Source of the DNA: a virus
Lineage: Duplodnaviria > Caudoviricetes
Virus record (IMG/VR): IMGVR_UViG_3300037470_000665
Location: 1 to 42,315 of that record
Reading direction: 5' to 3' (one strand)
DNA length: 42,315 nt
A program made the position numbers and the translations under genes. A model generated the notes under the pieces. That model was not told the origin of the DNA, searched no databases, and saw nothing but the letters and a program-made list of their open reading frames with translations. Positions 36,476 to 42,315 of the stretch are shown piece after piece (positions within the stretch are counted from its first letter, which is position 1; every line of letters begins with the position of its first letter).

Positions 36476-36483
36476 CTCCCAAT

Positions 36484-37240
36484 CTATTCATCGTCGGTCA
36501 GTCTCCGGTAGATAATCAGGTCCAGGCCTGTCGCCTCAGCTTCGATCTCAAACATGAGGCCGGCCAGTTCATCGGTCGCCTGCCCATCCCAATCGACATC
36601 GAGCGGCGCGGCTGCAACGGCGGACATGACTACCGCATCGCCTGCACCACTTGTCGGAATCACCTCTATGCTTTCCGTCCAGCCCATGTTCAACGTGACC
36701 GGGTCCATGTCAGCGCCGCGAAATCCAACCGCTGCGTAGAGCAGATTGCCAGCCGTGCCGGCACTCGCGATGGTGCAGTTCGTGCCGCCGACATTGTCAA
36801 CGCACTCGCCGAGCGGGTTTGTTGCACCGTCAACGCCACCGGATATGTCGACCTGATCGATACAGGTAATCGCGATGGTCGATGCCACCACATCGCCGAC
36901 GCTGGAGAAATTTAGATTGGCGGTCTTTGCGGCCGGACTAACCAGCCCCCATGCGCGCTGAAAATGATCCCCGCCGAGACCGCTACTTGTTGAGTTTGTA
37001 ATCAGCGTTAGCGTCTGATTCGCGGTCGGAATGTCCCACGTCGGCGTGATCGTAGTGGATTGAGCGCCCGTGTTCATCGACGCAACCATCAGGTCGCAAC
37101 CGGCGGGCACCGTATAGCTGACATCGAGCGATGTCCAATTCGTGGTGACAAGCTGAACGTCACCGACGGGTGTGCCGACCTCAACCGGGTCGGCGAGTGC
37201 GGCTCCGACAAAAAACAGGGGGGCTAGGAAAGCCCGGCAA
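36484..37240 (-). CDS. Exported beta-rich structural-like protein; start codon unresolved
   Basis: FLAPLFFVGAALA-DP signal-like segment; Ser/Thr/Gly-rich body; ends IIYRRLTDDE; a plausible in-frame ATG (MRTTSRF) is at 37983. Confidence 0.6.
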
Positions 37241-37913
37241 GCGAGAGCGTGTGCTCTACCTCCGCGAGGTTTATCACGGTTTCTGCTCTCGATCTTCCGG
37301 TCTTGACCAGGCGTGGTGCCGTCTCCTGCAACGGCAAGCCGAGAAAATCGAACAGAGCGCCAAAATCCCGGCACAGCGATTCGTAAGACACCTCGCACGA
37401 ATCGACGCCCACTAACTCGATCAACCGTCGCGCCCATTTCCGGTCCCGTCGAATTCGTCGAACGTCGCGCACAACCCTGTCGGGGTCGAGCCGCATTTGA
37501 GCATGCTCGAGCTTCTCGCCTTTGCGCTGGTGCGCAATCCCCATGTGCTTCATCCGGGCTTTCGAGATCACTGCGTCCAAATCGTCCCTGACAAGATGCA
37601 CGACCCTGATTTTTCGCCGTCGAAAATACAGCAGCAGCTCCGGAAATTTTCGAAGCTGCCCATACATCAGCTTGAAGCCGACCGCGCCGGGCTGGTCGTA
37701 AAGCCCATCCAAATACTGCCAGGACCGGAACCGATGCAACGGTCCAGGACGCCAGTATCGAAAGTAGCGATAGTCGTTGCCCACGACACCAGAAGCATTC
37801 CCGGCCTTCGTGTGCATCAGTTCTAAATAGCTTTTGACGCCGTGCGCCTGATCCAGGGTGTCCATGACCCAGGACGATCCGGTTCTCTGCGTGGAGAGGA
37901 TGACGAATTTCAT
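37224..37913 (-). CDS. Sulfotransferase (Stf0/Sulfotransfer-like)
   Basis: FVILSTQRTGSSW PAPS-binding loop, GFKLMY, VVHLVR, VSYESL. Confidence 0.82.
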   Translation of the reverse strand: MKFVILSTQRTGSSWVMDTLDQAHGVKSYLELMHTKAGNASGVVGNDYRYFRYWRPGPLHRFRSWQYLDGLYDQPGAVGFKLMYGQLRKFPELLLYFRRRKIRVVHLVRDDLDAVISKARMKHMGIAHQRKGEKLEHAQMRLDPDRVVRDVRRIRRDRKWARRLIELVGVDSCEVSYESLCRDFGALFDFLGLPLQETAPRLVKTGRSRAETVINLAEVEHTLSLAGLS

Positions 37914-37985
37914 TATTGTTCCCCCGATCCTTTGGCTCCAACGGTACCACACGGCTCGACCCAAAGCGTGACGTAGTTCTCATTT

Positions 37986-40649
37986 TCACGGATTGTCCAG
38001 CGCCTCCATCGCGATGCAGATCGAGTTCGTGGCCGGCTGCCAGCGGCAGAAATTGCGCCACATCGTCGATATCGCCTTATTGACAAACACATCAGAGCCA
38101 GTCATGTCGGACTCGGGTACGGCAAGCAGACCGGCCGCGCAGTCGTCGTTCACGGTGGGATCGCAGTTGACCTGCGCGACGGTCGGGTACACATAGGGCG
38201 GTGTCCCGAAATCCGATGACAGGATTCGCTCGCCGGTATCGCCGCCATCAAACTCCGCGAACACGTTGTCGCGGGTTGCCTGATAGAGCGGCGGCATCGC
38301 GGAGTCTAGCGGTCGAGGTCCAGCCTCGTTGGCTAACAGTTTCGAAAAGTCTTCAATGTCACTGGTAGTGCAATTAAACGTTGTTGCCTCGTATCCACCC
38401 GGCTCTGCCGTCGCGATCCGAGTGCCGACCGCGTTCAGCAGTCCTGCCGAATAATCGGCCGGGACAATGGCGTTAACGGACCCGCCTGCCTCTGTCCACT
38501 CGCAGTTGCCGATCTGGTAGGCGTCGAACTCGCTGAGGCACTCGCCGTTCTGTGGATGGCAAAATCTGATAATCTGCGTTTCGTCAATCGTCGCCAGACT
38601 GTCGTCGCCGCGAATGCTCGCGTTGTAGCGGAGGTTCAGATCCCGGCCGGTCGACTGATAGTTGATGTCGATTTCGGACAGCCGGTTATTAACGCAAATG
38701 TTGTTGTCGATGTGGCCGTTCATCGCGTTCCATTTCGGGCAGCGCAGCGTGCCGTGCGCCGACAGATTTCTAACAAATGTGCCGTTGTTCGAATCCCCGG
38801 AATCGTGGCCGAGCAGATATAGCTGCTGAAGGGCTTGCCCCGGCGTTTCGAGTGGCAACGTATTCAGGTTGCCGATCAGTCCGAATTCCGTTGTGTCGTG
38901 GAACACATTGAGCCATCCGTCGCCGGCAAACGCACCGCCGCTGTACAGCACGAGAATGTGATCGTTCGGTTCGCTGGCGGTCCCGTTGATGTTGAAACAG
39001 TGTGCCGGCCCCTGCTGCGCGTTGTAGTTGTTGAAGCATCCGTAGTACAGCCAGAGCTGATAGCTCGCACTCCTCGGTTGAACATTCAAATCGGTTTTCG
39101 TGTACCCACCCGATGGGCAAGTCGATAGGTCCACAATCAACCGATCTGTGTTAACGACAAGGGTCGTTCCCGACACGTGATCGCTAACCCCCGACACCGC
39201 ACACGCGCAGTACTGCCACTCGTCGGCCGGACGCTGCGTCGTCACGCACTGCGAGAAAGATCCGGCGCCGGACTGATTCAGATTCGTGAACTCAGCGTAG
39301 TGGATGGTGCCAAACTCGTAATCGGTTGCGGCTTCGCCCCAGCCGTCAGCACCGTAGCTCGCAATGCCCGGGATGATCGAGTCGGTCGGCGACATTGTCA
39401 TCCACGAAAACCCGGCGTCGGCATCGAGGATCGTGATCGTAGCAACCAGCCCTTTGCTCGGACCGAGGGTATCGGGGCAGGAGTTGTCGGATGCGACCAG
39501 TGTGAACGTTCGGTTGCCCTGCTGCTGGCCGTCGAGATCCGTAATCGAGACCGCGACCGACTGGGTGCCCGCCTCAGCGTCATCCCAATGGACGACCTCA
39601 GAAACTGCCGTGAAGTGAGTCGCTGCGCTGGCAGACCCGTTGGCTGAGACCACGTTGACATCGCACGCGCCGGCTGCGCCGCCAAACCGTTCGAGCGACA
39701 CATTCAGCGACGCGGTTTCCTCGCTGACCTGATAGCTGATGAGGTCCCACTCGATGGACCCGATATCCGGATTGTGATCGAGCGCCCCGGTAGCGATATC
39801 GATTTGATCAAACAATCCGCCGGCAGTCGTCCCTGCACTGCCCGAGGCGGCAGCCAATAACACCAGGGGAGTGCTGCCGCTCGCGGCCCAGTCGGAAAAA
39901 AACTGGTAGCGAGCCGTGTACGTGCCGGTCGAGCAGTCCGTTGCATCGCCTTTCTGAAGCAGCTTGACGCTTTGGAGGGCGCGATCGACCTGTATCTGCA
40001 AACACTCCGGCACCGGCATCTGGGGAGCAGCGAAATACGCGGTTGACGTTTCTCCGTCCGTCACTGATCGACAATCGATGATCGTCCCGCTGTTGCGAAA
40101 ACTGCCGAGCACGCAATGCTCCGATCCGTCGGCAGAGCTTTCCCGCAGCATGATCCCGATCTTCGAGAGAATGTCCTGGGTCTGCGTCGCGGTCACAAGC
40201 CGCGCCGTTATCGTGTAATCGCTCGTGCTGTCGAGCGTGATGCCGCAGGCAGCGAAACTGTCATCGTTGTTGTAGATCACGCCGCCAGTCGACTGCACGA
40301 CGAACGGCTCCGCATCGCATTCCAGCACCGCATCGGTGTGCGGCGCCGTAGCGCCGAGAATCTCGACCGGCCCCCAGGTTGCGGCCTCGGCTGCCGGCGG
40401 ATCGTTCAGCACCGGAACGAACAAGCTCTGAGCGTCTGCCGTCGGAATCCAGCCTTCAAAAATGTTGAACGCCTTGCAATCTCTGCTCGCCCAATTTCCG
40501 GCGCGGGTCTCGAGCAGGATCCGCTCGCCAGTCTCGCGCAAACAGCTCTCAGCTCCACCCGGCAGCTCATCGCGAGCCCATTGCCCGAGCACGGCCGCGG
40601 CGAACAGGAGCAAGACGGATGCGCCGATGGCGCGGAATAGTCGGTTCAA
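37986..40649 (-). CDS. Large exported multidomain protein: ConA-like, Calx-beta and pectate-lyase-like beta-helix domains
   Basis: Signal peptide; TITARL...KIGIMLRES; YQVSEE...VSLER...ANGSA...WDDAE; TNLNQSGAGSF...VSG PL1-like start; 26 Cys. Confidence 0.72.
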   Translation of the reverse strand: MNRLFRAIGASVLLLFAAAVLGQWARDELPGGAESCLRETGERILLETRAGNWASRDCKAFNIFEGWIPTADAQSLFVPVLNDPPAAEAATWGPVEILGATAPHTDAVLECDAEPFVVQSTGGVIYNNDDSFAACGITLDSTSDYTITARLVTATQTQDILSKIGIMLRESSADGSEHCVLGSFRNSGTIIDCRSVTDGETSTAYFAAPQMPVPECLQIQVDRALQSVKLLQKGDATDCSTGTYTARYQFFSDWAASGSTPLVLLAAASGSAGTTAGGLFDQIDIATGALDHNPDIGSIEWDLISYQVSEETASLNVSLERFGGAAGACDVNVVSANGSASAATHFTAVSEVVHWDDAEAGTQSVAVSITDLDGQQQGNRTFTLVASDNSCPDTLGPSKGLVATITILDADAGFSWMTMSPTDSIIPGIASYGADGWGEAATDYEFGTIHYAEFTNLNQSGAGSFSQCVTTQRPADEWQYCACAVSGVSDHVSGTTLVVNTDRLIVDLSTCPSGGYTKTDLNVQPRSASYQLWLYYGCFNNYNAQQGPAHCFNINGTASEPNDHILVLYSGGAFAGDGWLNVFHDTTEFGLIGNLNTLPLETPGQALQQLYLLGHDSGDSNNGTFVRNLSAHGTLRCPKWNAMNGHIDNNICVNNRLSEIDINYQSTGRDLNLRYNASIRGDDSLATIDETQIIRFCHPQNGECLSEFDAYQIGNCEWTEAGGSVNAIVPADYSAGLLNAVGTRIATAEPGGYEATTFNCTTSDIEDFSKLLANEAGPRPLDSAMPPLYQATRDNVFAEFDGGDTGERILSSDFGTPPYVYPTVAQVNCDPTVNDDCAAGLLAVPESDMTGSDVFVNKAISTMWRNFCRWQPATNSICIAMEALDNP

Positions 40650-40661
40650 ACGGATCTCCCG

Positions 40662-40686
40662 AAAAAAACCCCGCCGTTAAGCGGGG
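40662..40686 (-). terminator. Intrinsic terminator in the late leader
   Basis: Minus strand CCCCGC-TTAACG-GCGGGG followed by T7. Confidence 0.8.
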
Positions 40687-40803
40687 CTAAGGTGAGACTG
40701 CCAATGGACAGCCCAGGGGGGAATGATGCTGATCTTTGGTCAGCGGTCGCTCATGATGAGACCCTCCGTGTTGACCAATTGATTGCTACCAATTTGCGGA
40801 CAC

Positions 40804-40831
40804 AAAAAAGCCGGCGCTCTTTGGCCGGCTT
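40804..40831 (-). terminator. Intrinsic terminator after the Q-like gene
   Basis: Minus strand GCCGGC-N8-GCCGGC followed by T6. Confidence 0.8.
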
Positions 40832-40876
40832 CAGTGATCGATAGGCGCACGTTTCCTGTGGACCCACCGTCACGGG

Positions 40877-41512
40877 CTATCGCACGTGTCTCCGCTCGGG
40901 AGCAACCGCCACAATCGGGCGGCTACGCGGGGAGTGACTATAGCCCCTCGACAGCGTCTCGGCAACCATCTCGATACCGGCGTCAAGTTCGGACCGGTAC
41001 TGGCGCTTTGACATCCGGAGATCCTGAGCCGCGCTCTTGTCGATCTGGTCCCAGCAGTACCGGCGCTTCAGCGGCACCTGTGCCCAGCCAGGCAGGCTTG
41101 CGACGATGGCGTCGATCTCCATGTCGAGCGACGAGAGCTTTTGATTCAGCGGCGCCGGCGGCGAATCGGTCTCCTTCCCGCGGGCCGTTGGCTCGCGCAA
41201 TCGTGACAAGCTGTGGCCGCAGTTCGGACAGGCCCGGCGATTCCATTGCCCGTTGACCCTGGCGCCCCATCGGCGCTGTCTGGTCACATGGCCGCAGGCG
41301 AGACACTCGCGGCGCTTAGGTTCGCCCTTCTTTCCGTCGATCTTTCGCTTGGCCTGAGCTCGCTGAACGTGCTCGATGATGGCCCGGAGCCCAAGCGAGC
41401 GCGAGACGTTGTACTCGGCGGCGAAGTTGCCGGTCGCTTCGCCCCACGCCGTCAGCCGCGCTTCGGCTCGCTCGATGGCGTCCGCTTCCTGGTCCCTGGC
41501 CACTGCCATCAT
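40877..41512 (-). CDS. Late antiterminator Q-like protein with Zn ribbon
   Basis: ARLTAWG start, two CxxC motifs, C-terminal HTH; precedes the terminators and late operon. Confidence 0.6.
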   Translation of the reverse strand: MMAVARDQEADAIERAEARLTAWGEATGNFAAEYNVSRSLGLRAIIEHVQRAQAKRKIDGKKGEPKRRECLACGHVTRQRRWGARVNGQWNRRACPNCGHSLSRLREPTARGKETDSPPAPLNQKLSSLDMEIDAIVASLPGWAQVPLKRRYCWDQIDKSAAQDLRMSKRQYRSELDAGIEMVAETLSRGYSHSPRSRPIVAVAPERRHVR

Positions 41513-41979
41513 CGCTCATACCTCCCCTGCAGATAGCCTTTGACGATGTCGATCGCCTCGTCGCAACCGTAGGCAACGGCTGTCGCGTAGCCAACCAATC
41601 CCATCTGAACCAGGAAGGCACGCTGGTCCTCGCTGACCGCACACTTCGCGGCCTCCCGGCTGACGAACTGCGATCGCCGGCGCTTGAACTCGAGCCAAAG
41701 TCCGGAGTACGGATCGACGGGATAGGCAATGAAAAGATCGCTCGTGCCGGGCTTGAGCCCCTCGGCCTTGAGCCTCGCCATGTGCACGGCGCGCTGCTTG
41801 GCCAACCCCGCCAGGTGGGAGCCGTTCGGGATTGCGATCACGAACCGGTTCAGAAGGCCGTGCTCGGTGTGTAAGTAGCGGCACCACTGGATAAACGCCG
41901 CCTGCTCGCGAGACTCGGCGAACTGCATGCCCTGCCCGATCGCGCTGTGGTAACTGGCCAGGGAAATCGTTTCGCTCAT
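41509..41979 (-). CDS. VRR-NUC-like nuclease
   Basis: ESREQ, AIPNG, GLKPGTSDL, LWLEFK, SEDQRAF. Confidence 0.82.
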   Translation of the reverse strand: MSETISLASYHSAIGQGMQFAESREQAAFIQWCRYLHTEHGLLNRFVIAIPNGSHLAGLAKQRAVHMARLKAEGLKPGTSDLFIAYPVDPYSGLWLEFKRRRSQFVSREAAKCAVSEDQRAFLVQMGLVGYATAVAYGCDEAIDIVKGYLQGRYER

Positions 41980-42194
41980 GCCGCCATCCTCAGGATCATC
42001 TCGTTCGTGGCCCAGAGCAGATATTCCTCGGTGCCGAAGCGTTCTTCGAAGGCCCGCTTCTCAAGCGCAAGACTTGGTCCGAAGTACCGGGCCGCCCTGC
42101 TTGCATCGATCTGCCGGCCGGTCCGGTCGGTCGGCGGAATGCCGCGGTGATACCAGCACGAAAGACAAATCGTGTGCTGATGCTCGTCTTCGTA
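41976..42194 (-). pseudogene. C-terminal fragment of a Ref-like (RecA-dependent) nuclease, cut by an IS end
   Basis: HQHTICLSCWYHRG...GPSLALEKRAFEERFGTEEYLL; the frame meets TAA inside the TIR. Confidence 0.6.
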
Positions 42195-42195
42195 A

Positions 42196-42315
42196 GGGAA
42201 TTACATACATGAGTCCCCAACCTCCCACCGTAGCTTGCGTTGCGTCGGGTGCTCATCCACTCGGGGCCTGGCTTGCCGCGACCAGGACCCGCCGCCCGCC
42301 TCGCCAACGAGCTTG
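42196..42315. mobile_element. End of a second IS1595-like element running off the window
   Basis: GGGAATTACATACATGAGTCCC (42196-42217) matches the MITE TIR at 21/22 positions. Confidence 0.75.

Larger units (their letters stand above)
1..42315. mobile_element. Temperate lambda-like siphophage genome (partial) with GTA-like tail tip module
   Basis: Integrase/excisionase/att, terminase, portal, S49 protease, capsid, tail, lysis and Q-like genes in phage order; no host housekeeping genes seen. Confidence 0.96.

Noticed and set aside
1-42315. CRISPR array or rRNA
   Set aside because: No regularly spaced repeat-spacer structure or rRNA-like sequence was seen.

Overview
The whole window is a temperate, lambda-like siphophage of a high-GC proteobacterium. 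An early region on + (1-8425) converges on a long late operon on - (42195->8473). The late operon encodes a Q-like regulator, an accessory decoration cluster, terminase, portal, S49 protease, capsid D/E, a glycosylation cluster, a GTA-like tail, lysis genes and a GH5 glycosidase. Highlights: (1) A diversity-generating retroelement (DGR) has three variable repeats in small DUF1566/CLec proteins. One of them is fused in frame to the reverse transcriptase, and no template repeat or avd is visible in the window. (2) Five head-spike/decoration-like late proteins carry Sec-type signal peptides and even numbers of cysteines, suggesting virion appendages folded in the periplasm. (3) An attP-like site in tRNA-Val(GAC) has IHF-like boxes. 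(4) A 467-bp IS1595-like MITE has 23-bp TIRs and an 8-bp TSD, and a second copy of its end lies at the right edge. (5) Gene lesions cluster downstream of att. Family assignments come from motif recognition by eye; no database search was run.
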